The notes under the pieces were generated by a model that did not search any database, had not been told where the DNA came from, and worked only from the letters and a program-made list of their open reading frames with translations. From the NCBI GenBank assembly GCA_030390025.1, contig CM059432.1:36024001-36088000 (forward strand): a stretch of DNA of 64,000 bases, given 5' to 3'. Origin of the DNA: Squalus acanthias (Eukaryota). The position numbers and the translations under genes were made by a program. Below, piece after piece: positions 27,549 through 41,508 of the stretch; within the stretch, counting starts at the first letter, position 1; every line of letters begins with the position of its first letter.

Positions 27549-28571
27549 GTCTCTCTCTCTCTCTCTGTCTCTGTCTCTCTCTCCCTCTCTCTTCCCCCTC
27601 CCATTTTTGCATCCAGGTCCACTCACATCAAAAGCAAGCCACGCAGGTCCTCTCTCACCAACAGTCTGTGAGACTAGGCAGTCAGCAATGATGACATCAT
27701 CAGAGGCGACTTTCAGACTGAAAACACTAATTAGTTCATGGGTTCCCACATGCTGGAACTCAATTGCCCAATTAAGTGAAAATTGCATCATTCATCCACA
27801 TTAATCTGGAGTCGGGGGGGAACCACGAAATGCGGATGACACGACCCCAACCCGACCCCAAGACAAAATCCAGCCCAAAGTGTTTAAAAACTGAATCCCG
27901 ACCAGAGCCCGCCTCCAACCCACCCACTTCGGGTTTTAACGGAGACAGGATGGAAGGCGGGCAGCCAACCCGCTCCCAGGAGGAGGGTTGCCTATTTAAA
28001 TATTATAATGAGGCTGGTGTGCCTCAGATTTAACCAGCGTTTCAAATTTAACTGTGACTGGTCGGGTTTCTCAGGCCTCGGGAAACCTGACAGTTAATGG
28101 AAGGCGAGGTGTGCTGGATCCAGTGACCCTGCCTAACCCACCCCCCGCGATCGGAGACCCCCCCATGAGGCCTCTGATCACCCCGCTCCCCCAGGCATCC
28201 GATCCCCCCCCCCCCCCACCCCCCACAAGGCCTCCGATCGCCTTCCCAGCCTCCCAACCCCCGCCCACCGATGATCTTCAGGCCGGCCCCGATGTTCTCT
28301 CCCTCCCCCCCAATGCTGGAGTCCAGGCCCCCGGCCCCCACCCGATCCCTCCCTCCCTCCTCTCTGCGGCCTAGTGCCGTAGAGTTACCCTGCCCGCAGC
28401 CAGCCAGCCTCTCCATCTGGCTGGCGGCAGGTGGGAAACAGAGGTTTCAAATGCAAATCAGGCCCTGATGTTAAATTCGGCAGGGCCTGCGGGAAACCCA
28501 TTCTCCCAGCTTTTCCGACCGCTTCCGAGCCCCCTGCTCCCAATCCGCCTTCCGATTAACATTCTGGCCCC
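27014..28571. mobile_element. Older GC-rich MITE (AAG TSD) hosting the 27068-27876 MITE
   Basis: GGGGGAATTTTAAC ... GATTAACATTCTGGCCCC ends; AAG on both sides; the flanks rejoin into CR1-like sequence. Confidence 0.6.
27068..27876. mobile_element. Harbinger-type MITE with AAA TSD, nested in another MITE
   Basis: GGGCTGGATTTTG / CAAAATCCAGCCC TIRs; AAA on both sides. Confidence 0.85.
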
Positions 28572-28802
28572 AAGTTTTTCCAATCATTCCTCATAACTCA
28601 GGCTCTTAACACTGGGGCTCAGCCTCGTGGCTCTTCCCTGCACTGCTTCCAGCAGTTGAATGTCTCCCTTGTGTCTCAATGGCCGGACCTGGACACAGTG
28701 CTCAAGGTGCGGTCACTGTTGTAATGTAGGAAACGCGGCAGCAAATTTGTGCATAGCAAGGTCCCACAAACAGAAATGTGATGATGACCAGATAATCTGT
28801 TA

Positions 28803-29238
28803 ACATAAAAACATAGAAACATAGAATCTAGGAGCAGGAGTAGGCCATTCGGCCCGTCGAGCCTGCTCCACCATTCAATACGATCATGGCTGATCATCCA
28901 AATCCAGTACCCTGTCCCTGCTTTAATCCCCACAGTACACATATCCCACCCGACCCCCGTAACCCCACATATTTAATTCCCCCTAACATATCCCATCCTA
29001 TCCCCATAACCCCACATATTTAATCCCCCCCTAACACTAAGGGTCAATTTATCATAGCCAAATCAACCTAACCCACACATTTTTGGACTGTGGGAGGAAA
29101 CCGGAGCACCCGGAGAAAACCCACGCAGACACGGGGAGAATGTGCAAACTCCACACAGACAGTCACCCGAGGTCAGATTTGAACCCGGGTCCCTGGCGCT
29201 GTGAGGCACCAGTGCTAACCACTATGCCACCGTGTTGC
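28803..29238 (-). mobile_element. HE1/V-SINE-like tRNA-derived SINE
   Basis: On the - strand: A box GTGGCATAGTGG and B box GGTTCAAATC; CR1-like tail ending (TATGTTTC)n. Confidence 0.78.
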
Positions 29239-31152
29239 CTGTTGGTGTTGGTTGAGAGATAAATATTGGCCAGGGCATCGGGAGACCTCCCCTGCCCTTT
29301 TTCAAAATAGTGCCATGGGATCTCTTACGTCCACCTGAGAGAGCAGACCTTGGTTTAACGTCTCACCAATTCCATTCCCCTTCCTGGCCGCTTTTTCAGG
29401 TTGAACCAGACTGTCTCAACTTCGGCACCCTATTTGACCCTGAGCTGAGCTTCCGACCTCATATTCTCTCTTACTTCCATCTGTGTAGCGTGTCCGCTGT
29501 CCTCGCTATTGGATCCTGATCCCCCCAATGCCTTAAATTTAAAATTCACATATTTGTGTTTAAATCTCTTCCTGGCCTTGCCTCTCTCTATCTTTGTAAC
29601 CTCCTCCAGCCCTGCAAACCACCCACACCCCCCCTCACCAATGCTCAGCTTGTCTGATTCTGGCCGTTTGTGCATTCTCCTCCTCCTTCGCCCCACCATT
29701 GGCAGTCGTGCCTTCAGCCGCCTAAGGCCCCACTCACTGGAATTCCCTCTCTAAACCCTCCTACTTCACCACTTCCCTCTCCTCCTTTTAAGACTTTCCT
29801 TAAAACCCACCTCTTTGCTCAAGCTTTTGGTCACCCCTCCTAATATCTCCTTGTTTACTTGAAAAAGTAACTCACTGGCTGTGAAGCACTTTGGGACATG
29901 TTCAAAGGTGCTCTATAACTATAAGAGAAAAAAAAGATTTCTATAGCGCCTTTCACGACCTCAGGACGTCCCAAAGCTCTTTACAGCCAAGGAAGTACTT
30001 TTTGAAGTGTAGTCACTGTTGTAATGTAGGAAACGTGGCAGCCAATTTGCGCACAGCAAGCTCCCACAAACAGCAATGAGATGATGACCAGATAATCTGT
30101 TTTAGTGATGTTGATTGAGGGATACATATTGGCCAGGACACCGGGGATAACTCCCCTGCTCTTCTTCAAAATAGTGCCATGGGATCTTTTACGTCCACCT
30201 GAGAGAGCAGACGGGGCCTCGGTTTAACATCTCATCCGAAAGACAGCACCTCCGACAGTGCAGCACTCCCTCAGCACTGCACTGGAGTGTCAGCCTAGAT
30301 TCTGCAGCCAAATTAGTGAACCGTTGGGGGAGGGGTGAAAGTCGTTTTGGGCGGTAATGCAAAACCCGCAAAAGTGAATCGGCAGCCTGTTTTACACTCT
30401 GCCTGTCTTTGCGTTTTCCCAATGGAACAGTAAAAGGTGTGTAAAACACCTGCCAGTTCGCCATCGCTTCTTTTGCGCTACCGTCCAAGACGACTTTCAG
30501 GTCCAATTTGAGTGCAGTTTGACCCTGGTGGCTGGGAGTGGTTGCTGAGAATTGCAGAGGGGGGAAAAACATCCATTAATTAATCAACGGTATCCCGTGG
30601 GAATGTGCTGACTGTATCACAATCCTGTGTGAGAAACCACAAATACATTTAAACTCAGGAACCTCCCTCCCACCCCGATGTCATTATCCCTCTTGCTAAA
30701 AGTGTGGCTGCAAACACTCATCACCCAAGCCTTGGTCACCAGATCCAGGTCTAGTATTCTTTGTGTTCAGGAGTCGTACTGCACAGCTCCATTTTATTAG
30801 TTCCGCAGATCAGACAGGTTTTTTTAATTTACTCTGAGTTGGCAGTGATCTGGGTCATAGAGGCTGTCTGGTCTGTTCCGTGCAGTGGGGGAGGGTTAGC
30901 TACAGAAAGGAACATTTGGAACATCAGCACTTAGTGATTTTCTTTCCCCTCCTCCTCTCCTGAAGTCTCGACCAGTGTTGGAGATGGGGTTCCCACAGCG
31001 CTGACGCCTCACCCCGGGTATTTTACATGGATGGGGCATCACAGCCATGTCTAATCTTATCCTTCCCTGATCTTGACATGTATATGCACTCACCTACTCC
31101 ACTCACATACACACACATTCACCTATACACTCACACACACACACACATTCAC

Positions 31153-32576
31153 CTCTTCTTCTTAGGCAGTCCCTCGGAACCAAGGATGACTTGCTTCCAC
31201 ATTAAAAATGAGTTCTCAGGTGACTGATGAGTCCAATGCGGTACCTACAGTCTCTGTCACAGGTGGGGCAGACAGAGGTTGAAGGGGCGGGTGGGTGGGG
31301 TGCTTGGGTTGACATGCGCTCCTTGCGCTGCTTGCGCTTGGCTTCCGATTGCTCCCGGCGAAGAGACTCGAGATATTCGGCGCCTTCCCGGATACTTCTC
31401 CTCCACTTTGTGCGGTCTTGGGCCAGGGATTCCCAGGTGTCAGTGGGGATGTTGCACTTTTTCAAGGAGGCTTTGAGGGTGTCCTTGAAGTCTTTCCTCT
31501 GCCCACCTGGGGCTCTCTTGCCGTGCCGGAGCTCCGAGTAGAGCGCATGTTTTGGGAGTCTCGTATCGGGCATGCGGACGATGTGACCCGTCCATCGCAG
31601 CTGATCGAGGGTGGTCAAAGCTTCGATGCTGGGGATGTTGGCCTGAGCGAGAACACTGACGTTGGTGCGCCTATCCTGCCAATGGATTTGCAGGATCTTG
31701 CGGAGGCAGCGTTGGTGGTACCTCTCCAGTGCTTTGAGGTGCCTGCTGTACATGGTCCATGTCTCTGAGGCATACAGCAGGGCGGGTATCACTGCTGCTC
31801 TGTAGACCATGAGCTTATTGCCGGGTTTGCGGTCCTGGTCTTCAAACACTCTCTTCCTCAGGTGACCGAAGGCTGCACTGGCACACTGAAGGCGGTGTTG
31901 GACTTCGTCATCGACGTCTGCCCTTGTTGACAGTAGGCTCCCGAGGTATGGAAAGTGGTCCACGTTGTCCAAGGCCTTGTCGTGGATTTTGATAATCGGG
32001 GAGCAGTACTGTGTGGCGGGGGCAGGTTGGTAGAGGACCTTTGTCTTACGGATATTTAGTGTAAGGCCCATGCTCTCGTACGCTTCGGTAAAGGTGTTGA
32101 CGATGGTTTGGAGTTCGACCTCCGAGTGAGCGCAGACGCAAGCGTTGTCTGCATACTATAATTCGACGACAGAGGATGGGACGACCTGGACTGGAGGCGA
32201 CGGAGGTTGAACAGTTTCCCGTTTGTTCTGTAAATTAGCTCCACTCCAGTGGGGAGCTTACTGAGGGTGAGATGGAGCATTGCAGCAAGGAAGATCGAGA
32301 AGAGCGTTGGTGCGATGACACAGCCTTGCTTGACCCCGGTCCACATGTGAATTGGGTCTGTGGTGGAACCGTTGGTCAGGATCACGGCTTGCATGTCGTC
32401 GTGAAGCAGGCGGAAGATGGTGACAAACTTTTGAGGGCAGCCGAATTTGAGGAGGACACTCCATAATCCCTCACGGTTGACAGTGTCGAAGGCCTTTGTG
32501 AGATCAAAGAAGGCCATGTACAGCGGTTGGTGCTGTTCCCTGCATTTCTCTTGTAATTGACGCGTGGTGAAGATCA
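31153..32576 (-). mobile_element. RTE-clade LINE 3' fragment
   Basis: DLTKAFDTVNREGLW, GVKQGCVIAPTLF, GLTLNIRKTKV, FPYLGS and a C-terminal CxxC...H motif; (AAG)n tail. Confidence 0.85.
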
Positions 32577-32630
32577 GAAAGGCAGCTAAATATAGAGAAG
32601 ATGGCTCCTGGGCTGGTAGCTCCCTAGGGA

Positions 32631-35600
32631 CATACGAACATATGAATTAGGAGCAGGAGTAGGCCACTCGGCCCTTTGAGCCTGCTCCGCCATTCAATAA
32701 GATCACGGCTGATCCGATTACTCCACATTCCCGCCTACCCCCGATAACTTTTCACCCCCTTGCTTACCAAGAATCTATCTACCTCTGCCTTAAAAATATT
32801 CAAAGACTCTGCTTCCACCGCCCTCTGAGGAAGAGAGTTCCAAAGACTCATGACCCTCTGTGAGAAAAAATTTCTCCTCATCTCTATCTTAAATGGGCGA
32901 ACCCTTATTTTTAAACAGTGACCCCTAGTTCTAGATTCTCCCACAAGAGGAAACATCCTCTCCACATCCACCCTGTCCAGACCCCTCAGGATCTTATATG
33001 TTTCAATCAAGTCACCTTTTACTCTTCCAAACTCTAGCGGATACAAGCCTAGCCTGTCCAACCTTTCCTCATAAGACAACCCGCCCATTCCAGGTATTAT
33101 TCTAGAAAACCTTCTCTGAACTGCTTCCAACACATTTACATCCTTCCTTAAATAAGGAGACCAATACTGTACACAGTACTCCAGATGTGGTCTCACCAAT
33201 GCCCTGTATAACTGAAGCATAACCTCCCTACTTTTGTATTCAATTCCCCTCGCAATAAACGATAACATTCTATTAGCTTTCCTAATTACTTGCTGTACCT
33301 GCATAGTAACCTTTTGCAATTCATGCACTAGGACACCTAAATCCCTCTGCATCTCAGAGCTCTGCAATCTCTCACCATTTAGATAATATGCTTCTTTTTT
33401 ATTCTTCCTGCCAAAATGGACAACTTCACATTTTCCCACATTATACTCCATTTGCCAGATCTTTGCCCACTCACTTAACCTATCTATATCCCTTTGTAGC
33501 CTCCTGATGTCCTCTTCACAATTTACTTTCCTACCTATCTTTGTGTCATCAGCAAATTTAGCAACCATACCTTCGGTCCCTTCATCCAAGTCATTTATAT
33601 AAATTGTAAAAAGTTGAGGCCCCAGCACTGATCCCTGTGGCACACCACTCGTTACATCTTGCCAATCAGAAAATGACCCATTTATGCCTACTCTCTGTTT
33701 CCTGTTAGCTAGCCAATCTTCTATCCATGCCAATATGTTACTCCCTACACCATGAGCTTTTATTTTCCGCAATAACCTTTGATGTGGCACCTTATCAAAT
33801 GCCTTCTGGAAATCTAAGTACAGTACATCCACCGGTTCCCCTTTATCCACAGCACATGTTACTTCCTCAAAGAACTCCAATAAATTGGTTAAACATGATT
33901 TCCCTTGCACAAAACCATGTTGACTCTGCCTGATTACTTTGAACTTTTCTAAGTGCCCTGCTATAACGTCTTTAATAATAGCTTCTAACATCTTCCCTAT
34001 GACAGATGTTAAGCTAACTGGCCTGTAATTTCCTGCTTTCTGTCTCCCTCCCTTTTTGAATAAAGGAGTTACATTTGCTATTTTCCAATCTAATGGAACT
34101 TTCCCTGAATCTAGGGAATTTTGGAAAATTAAAACCATTGCATCAACTATCTCACTAGCCACTTCTTTTAAGACCCTAGGATGAAGTCCATCAGGACCCG
34201 GGGACTTGTCAGCCCGCAGCTCCAACAATTTGCTCAGTACCACTTCCCTGGTGATTATAATTTTCTTGAGTTCCTCCCTCCCTTCCATTTCCTGATTTAC
34301 AGCTATTTCTGGGATGTTACTTGTGTCCTCTATAGTGAAAACTGATGCAAAATACCTGTTCAATTCAACTGCCATCTCCTTATTTTCCATTATTAATTCC
34401 CCAGACTCACTTTTTTATAGGACCAACGCTCACTTTGTTAACTCTTTTCTTTTTTAAATATCTATAGAAACTCTTACTATCTGTTTTTATATTTCTAGCT
34501 AGCTTTCTCTTGTACTCTAATTTTTCTCTCATTAATCTTTTAGTAATTCTTTGCTGTTTTTTATATTCTGTCCAATCTTCTGACCTGCCACCCATCTTTG
34601 CGTAATTATATGCTTTTTCTTTAAGTTTAATACTATCTTTAACTTTTTTAGTTAACCACAGATGGTGGGTCCTCCCCTTGGAATTTTTCTTTCTTGTTGG
34701 AATGTATATATTCTGTGTATTTTGAAATATCCCCTTAAATGTCTGCCACTGCAACTCTATTGACCTATCCCTTAACCTAATTTGCCAGTTCACTTTAGCT
34801 AGCTCTGCTTTCATGCCCTCATAATTGCCCTTGTTTAAGTTTAAAATACTAGTCTTGGACCCACTCCTCTCTCTCAAACTGAATGTAAAATTCAATCATA
34901 TTATGATCGCTGCTACCTAGGGGCGCCTTCACTATGAGGTCATTAATTAATCCTATCTCGTTGCACAATACCAGGTCTAGTATAGCCTGCTCTCTGGTTA
35001 GCTCCAGAACGTGCTGTTGTAAGAGACTATCCCGAAAACATTCCATGAACTCCTCATCTATGCTACCTTTGCCCATCTGATTTTTCCAGTCTATATGCAG
35101 ATTAAAATCCCCCATGATTATTGCCGTACCCTTCTGACAAACTCCCGTTATTTCTTCCTTTATACTCCATCCTACCGTGTGGTTACTGTTAGGGGGCCCG
35201 TACACCACTCCCACAAGTGACTTCTTGCCTTTATTATTTCTCATCTCTACCCAAACCGCTTCTACATCCTGGTTTCCTGAACTTAGGTCATCCCTCTCTA
35301 TTGTTCTAATACCATCATTAATTAACAGAGCCACCCCTCCACCTTATCTACCTTCCTGAATGTCATGTACCCTTCAATATTCAGGTCCCAATCTATGTCA
35401 TCCTGCAGCCATGTTTCTGTAATGGCTATCAGATCATATTTATTTATTTCTATTTGCGCTATCAGTTCATCTGTTTTGTTTCGAATACTATGTGCATTCA
35501 GATGCAGAGCCTTTAGTTTTGTCCTTTTATTATTTTTGTAACCTCTAGCCTTATCTGTTGATTTACTCTTAGATTTGTACTCTCTATCCCTTCCTGTCAC

Positions 35601-35850
35601 GGTCTGTTTATCATTTCCCATATTAATACCTTTCTCTCTTGCCTTGTCTCTAATCTTTGAATTATCACATTTCCCAAATTTGATCTCATGCCCCCAATAT
35701 TTAGTTTAAAGCCCTCTCTACCGCCCTAGTTATACAATTCGCCAGAACACTGGTCCCAGCACGGTTCAGGTGAAGACCGTCCCAACGATACAGATCCCAC
35801 TTTCCCCAGTACTGGTGCCAGTGCCCCAGGAATTGAAACCCATTTCTCCC
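32631..35850 (-). mobile_element. Relatively young CR1 LINE with near-complete ORF2
   Basis: 551-aa open RT ORF 32735-34390 (SGVPQGSVLGP, KFADDTK); endonuclease pieces at 34849-35621. Confidence 0.93.
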
Positions 35851-36401
35851 ACACCAGAGCTCCTTTGCTCCCTAGGGAGCTCCTTTGCTATCCGTTGCCA
35901 TCCTTTGCTCTTTCTACCCCAGTCTCCTCTCTTCTGCTGTTTAAGTTCCCTGGCTCTAATAGTGGCTGCATTTTATCCCGAACTGCAAGGTTAAAGTCAC
36001 CTGAGCCCACTGCCCATCCCCCGACCATGCTTGTTCTTTGTTCTCACATTCACCTACACTCACACACACACATTCACCTACACATTCACACACCTACACA
36101 CTCACACCTACACCTACACCTACACACACTCACTCACCTACACACTCACTCACCTACACACTCACTCACCTACACACCTACACACTCACACAATCACCTA
36201 CACACACACACACACCTACACACACACACACACACACATTTTCCAGCTGGAGTCACTGGAGAGCAATCATGAGTGGGACCCTGGATTTTGTTATCCCCAC
36301 CCCCAACCCTGGGGATGCGGAGGCCAATTGTAGCCAACTGCCATCAGAGATCAGCTAACAGCACAAACCAAGGATGGAAACTGATTATCATTTAACTTAG
36401 A

Positions 36402-37552
36402 CTGTACCTGCTCTGGGAGTGTTTGATGGGACACTGTAGATGGAGCTTTACTCTGTATCTAACCCGTGCTGTACCTGCCCTGGGAGTGTTTGATGGGACA
36501 GTGTAGAGGGAGCTTTACTCTGTATCTAACCCGTGCTGTACCTGCCCTGGGAGTGTTTGATGGGGCAGTGTAGAGAGAACTTTACTCTGTATCTGACCCG
36601 TGCTATACCTGCCCTGGGAGTGTTTGTTGGGGCAGTGTAGAGGGAGCTTTACTCTGTATCTAACCCATGCTGTACCTGCCCTGGGAGTGTTTGATGGGGC
36701 AATGTAGAGGGAGCTTTTATTGTATCTAACCCGTGCTGTACCTGCCCTGGGAGTGTTTGATGGGACTGTGTAGAGGGAGCTTTACTCTGTATCTAACCCG
36801 TGCTACACCTGCCCTGTGAGTGTTTGATGGGGCAGTGTAGAGGGAGCTTTCTCTGTATCTAACCCGTGCTGTACCTGCCCTGGGAGTGTTTGATACAATG
36901 TAGAAACATAGAAACTAGGAGCAGGAGTAGGCCATTCAGCCCGTCGAGCCTGCTCCACCATTCAATACGATCATGGCTGATCATCCAAATCCAGTACCCT
37001 GTCCCTGCTTTCTCACACAGAATCCCCACATCGAGCCTGCACCTATCCCACCCTATCCCCGTAACCCCACGTATTTAATTCCCCCTAACATATCCCATCC
37101 TACCCTCATAACCCCACATATTTAATCCCCTCCTAACACTAAGGGTCAATTTATCATAGCCAAATCAACCTAACCCGCACATTTTTGGACTGTGGGAGGA
37201 AACCGGATCACCCGGAGGAAACCCACGCAGACACGGGGAGAATGTGCAAACTCCACACAGACAGTCACCCGAGGTCAGATTCGAACCCGGGTCCCTGGCG
37301 CTGTGAAGCACCAGTGCTAACCACTATGCCACCGTGTTGCCGTGTAGAGGGAGCTTTACTCTGTATCTAACCCGTGCTGTACCTGCCCTGGGAGTGTTTG
37401 ATGGGACAGTGTAGAGGGAGCTTTACTCTGTATCTAACCCGTGCTGTACCTGCCCTGGGAGTGTTTGATGGGACAGTGTAGAGGGAGCTTTACTCTGTAT
37501 CTAACCCGTGCTGTACCTGCCCTGGGAGTGTTTGATGGGGCAGTGTAGAGGG
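36402..37552. repeat. 67-bp tandem repeat split by a SINE
   Basis: Unit CTGTATCTAACCCGTGCTGTACCTGCCCTGGGAGTGTTTGATGGGACAGTGTAGAGGGAGCTTTACT; an inverted fragment lies near 40700-40800. Confidence 0.95.
36901..37340 (-). mobile_element. HE1/V-SINE-like SINE interrupting a 67-bp tandem repeat
   Basis: Near-identical to 28803-29238. Confidence 0.78.
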
Positions 37553-37855
37553 AATGTCGATTGGAAAGTGTTCCAAACTTCAGCAGTGATGTTTTTCATC
37601 TCTGTTAAGCTACAAATAAAACCAAATTTTAAAGTGGCGAAAAGAACATAAATGTTGGAAATCTGAAATAAACAGAGAACGTTCTGGAAACGCACAGCGT
37701 ACCCGTCAACATCTGAAACAGAGGAGACAGTTGAGGAGGGATCTCCACCTGAAATGTTAACCTGTCTTTCTCTTCACACTGCTGAGGGGCCTGCAGTGTG
37801 TTACTGGAAATTTCTGTGCACATATTGAAGTTGAACAATGCTCATCTCTTTGCAG

Positions 37856-37977
37856 GTTGGAGAAGGCAGGTGTGAGGTGTCCCCGCTGCAGCATTGGATC
37901 GACACCTTCCTGCAGTCACCCCATACCAGACATGGGGCGTCTCAACGAGCTCCACCCCGGAAACTACGTCTTTTACG
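37856..37977 (+). CDS. DSD1: D-serine dehydratase-like gene, coding exon 4 ([19 protein letters not shown]...[10 protein letters not shown])
   Basis: tctctttgcag acceptor ending 37855; GSTP and [12 protein letters not shown]-phosphate-region motifs; donor GTGAGA at 37978, phase 1. Confidence 0.95.
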
Positions 37978-40025
37978 GTGAGAACCATTTGTCTTACGGA
38001 CCATGTCTTTGTCTGAAGCACATGCCAAACCTGATTCTGAATGGTAGTCTCCCCAATCCTGGCCTGGTTGAGATAAGCTAAGTCAGCACAGACTGGGGAA
38101 TCACACTTGGCCTGCATGGCTCTGTATCACAAGGTACCCAGCAATTGCCCAATCGGCCATGGAGGGAGGTGTGGCTACAAGATAGAGCTTAACAGAAGTT
38201 TAAGAGACTGCCTCCTCTACTATCTGATTTTGATCAGGATTGATATGTGTAAGTTCACAAAGCTAATTACAGTTGAAGGAGGCCATTCAGCATATTTAGA
38301 TTCTGTTGGAATCTAGAGTCCCCCCCGCCACAGTACCTAACTGCCTCCTGAATGACTGCTGTTTTTTTGTCCGGTACCTTGGAATGTCTCCCGTCTTGTT
38401 ATAGCAGCAAATGCAAAAGCCATATTGTATACAGTGAGGCCCCGCAAACAACAAATGAATAGATAACCAGGTAATGTGTTTGGTTTGTGTGATGCTGTTG
38501 ATTGAGGGAGAAAACTGCTGCCCTATCTCCAACCTCCCTTTCCTATCCAAAGTCCTCCCAAATCCATGCCCATCTTTCCCACAGCTCCATGTTTGAACCC
38601 CTTCAATCAGGTTTTTGCCCCTGCCACAGCACTGAAACAGCCCTAATCAAAGTCACAAATGACATCCTCTGTGATTGTGACCGAGGTGCACTATCCCTCC
38701 TCATACTTCTCAACAGGAAGACCTGACGTCAGGTTCCACATGTATGCTGATGTCACCCAGCTCTGCATCTCCATCACCTCTCTCTCGAGCCCGCCACTGC
38801 CTCTGTGTTGTCAGACTGCTTGTTTGACATTGAATTAAACATTGGGAAGACTGAAGCCATTGGCTTCGGCCCCCTCCATTCCCTAGCAACTGATTCCATC
38901 CTTCTCCTTGTCCACTGTCTCAGGCTGTACCAGATATTTGTAACCTCGATATCCGATTTAACCCCGAGCTGAGCTTCCGACCCCATATTCTGTCCATCAC
39001 AAAAATTGCCTACTTCCACTTCCGTAACATTGCACATCTTTGCTCCTGCCTTAGCCCACTCGCTGCTGAAACCCTAATCTCTGCTTTTGTCATCTTCAGT
39101 CTGAATTATTCCAATGATCTGCTGGTCAGCCTCTCAGCTTCCACCCTCCATAAGCTTCAGCTCATCCAGAATTCTGCTGCCCGTATCCCAACCCGTGGCG
39201 AGTCCCGCTCACCCAACACCCCTGTGCTCGCTGACTTACATTGGCTCCCGGTCCACCAATGCCAGCATCTTTAAATCAAATCCCTCCATGGCCTTGCCCC
39301 TTCCTGTCGCTGTAAACTCCTCCAGCTTTACAACCCTCCTAGAATTCTGCATTCCTCCAACTCTGGCCTCCTGTGCATCCCCCTATCGGCCCACCATTGG
39401 TGGCTGTGCCTTCAGCTGTCTAGGCCCTAAGCTCTAGAATAAGGACGCTCGTTAAAACCTACCTATTTGACCAAGTTTTTAGTCACCCCTCTTAATATCT
39501 CCTTCTTTGGCTCAGTGTCAATTTTTGTCTAATTTCGCTTCTGTGAAGCGCTTTCGGATATTTTTCTAAGTTACAGGCACTATATAAACGGAAGTTATTT
39601 AATGTTGGCCAGGATACTTGGAGAAGTCCCTGCTCTTATTGAAATAGGGTATGGGGATTCTTATTCCCAGCTAGACAGGCAAACAGGACCATATTTCATC
39701 CAATGGATGTCACCTGTGACAGTGCAGCACTCCCTAAGCACTGGAGTGTCAGCATAGATTAGGTGCTCAAGTCCTGGAATGAGGTTTGAACCCACAATCT
39801 TCTGACTACCAACTGAGCCAAGCTCACACTTTAGGCGGGGCGGGGTGGAACTGTCTTGTTGTGGCCCAACATCTTATCCTGATTTGACATAAAAGTTAAT
39901 GATCTATAATGAGTCTCCAAAAACCCAAATTACCCCCAAAGATCCTCCCTACTGTGTATTGGCATGAGTCAGACATTCCTCTGTCCAGATCTCTGAAAAT
40001 TAATTTTTGAACGATTTTCTCCCAG

Positions 40026-40215
40026 ATGTCCAGCAGATGATGATTGGCTCCTGCCAGATGGATGACATCGCCGTGCGAGTGCTGACAAGGGTCATAGGTC
40101 ACTACCCTCATCGGAACCAACTGTTGGTCGACTGTGGCTGGACTGGATTGAGCCTGCACAGTCTGGGAATGCTGCCAACCGGCTACGCACTCATTGACGG
40201 TCATCCTGAGCTGAA
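40026..40215 (+). CDS. DSD1: D-serine dehydratase-like gene, coding exon 5 ([10 protein letters not shown]...VLTRVIGHY...VDCGWTGLS...HPELK)
   Basis: ttttctcccag acceptor ending 40025; g+at=Asp; C-terminal beta-domain motifs VLTRV and VDCG; donor GTAAGA at 40216, phase 2. Confidence 0.95.
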
Positions 40216-41402
40216 GTAAGAGAAGATGAGGCAGGCTGTCTGTCTGACTCCATTCCGCTCCCCCCTTCCCCCGCCCCGCCCCGCCCCAAAAGTGTTAATT
40301 CAGGCTGGGGTACAGTTCCTTGGGTACCAAATGCCCTCAAGTAAGCACCTAAGTGGATACGCACAAGGAGGCAGATGAAAGCTGCCCTCGGTGGTTGTGC
40401 TATTCTACCGCAGAGGGCATCACAACCAAGTGCCCTCTAGCCCTTGCATGATTTCTGCCAGTGCACTTCCCATGCATAACCCAGGGGTGCTGAGGCTAAT
40501 TCTAGCCCTCCCCATATACCTTCACATTAGTTCTCCAAATAGGATAATTGCACCCCCATTGGATCAGTGGGTAAATACACCACCTAGTGTGGTACTGACC
40601 AGGAGTTCCCAGCTTCAGTCCCTGGTCTTGCTGAATTTGTTAGTCTCAGGCAGGGGAAGGAGCAGATTTGGTGCTACAATTAGTCTCGCCATCTATGAAA
40701 ACACTCCAGGGTAAGTATAGCACAGAGTGAAGCTGTCCCATCAAACACTCCCAGGGTAGGTACAGCACGGGTTATGTACAAAGGAACCTCCCTCTACACA
40801 AAGAAAGGAAGAAATTTATACTGCGCCTTTCATGACCTCGGGATGTTCCAAAGTGCTTTACAGCCAATAAAGTACTTTTGAAGTGTAGTCACTGTTGTAA
40901 TGTAGGAAACATGGCAGCCAATTTGCAAACATCAATGTGATAATGGCCAGATAATCTGTTTTAGTGATGTCAGTTGAAGGATAAATACTGGCCAGGACAC
41001 CAGGAGAACTCCCCTGCTCTTCTTCGAACTACTGCTATGGGATCTTTTACGTCCACCTGGGAATGGGAGTGGGAGCCAAAGGCAGGGGAAAAAAGTTTTG
41101 TTTCCCCCTTTGGCCTTGGTGGGAGACCAGAGACAGGTCAGGTTGGGCTGGGGTGGGGTGGGTGACACTCCTGCACCTTGATGGTGCCGCCCTACCTAAA
41201 TGAACTGTGCCTGGGATTGGGTGCAAGGTTTCTTGCTTGTGGCTAGCGTGGATTCTGCTGTGGAGCGAACCCCCAGGGATTTCCGGCTTTCATTCTGTCT
41301 GTCCCTCAGTGCTGAAAGCCTGTTGTCTAACCCACTGCTAGTTCCCATCAGTTCAGGGACCCTGTCTGCTGTTTTATTTTTAATCTGTTGCTCTCACCGC
41401 AG

Positions 41403-41508
41403 GTTGGTGGGAATGACACAAGAGCACGGGAGGATCGAGCTGGCCTCGGGGAAGCTGGATTTTGACAAGTTCCCGCTTGGAAGCTTAATCTCACTCATTC
41501 CTTATCAC
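41403..41508 (+). CDS. DSD1: D-serine dehydratase-like gene, coding exon 6 ([12 protein letters not shown]...LIPYH)
   Basis: ctctcaccgcag acceptor ending 41402; QEHG motif; ends on the putative Zn-ligand His343; donor GTAAGT at 41509, phase 0. Confidence 0.95.

Noticed and set aside
29165..29238. tRNA gene
   Set aside because: The A/B boxes are the head of a SINE repeated at 37268-37340 with the same body and tail
32735..34390. 551-aa reverse transcriptase as a novel or domesticated gene
   Set aside because: Ordinary CR1 ORF2 with upstream frameshifts and close paralogues in the window
36402..37552. CRISPR-like regular array
   Set aside because: Contiguous tandem units with no unique spacers, no cas genes, and vertebrate context
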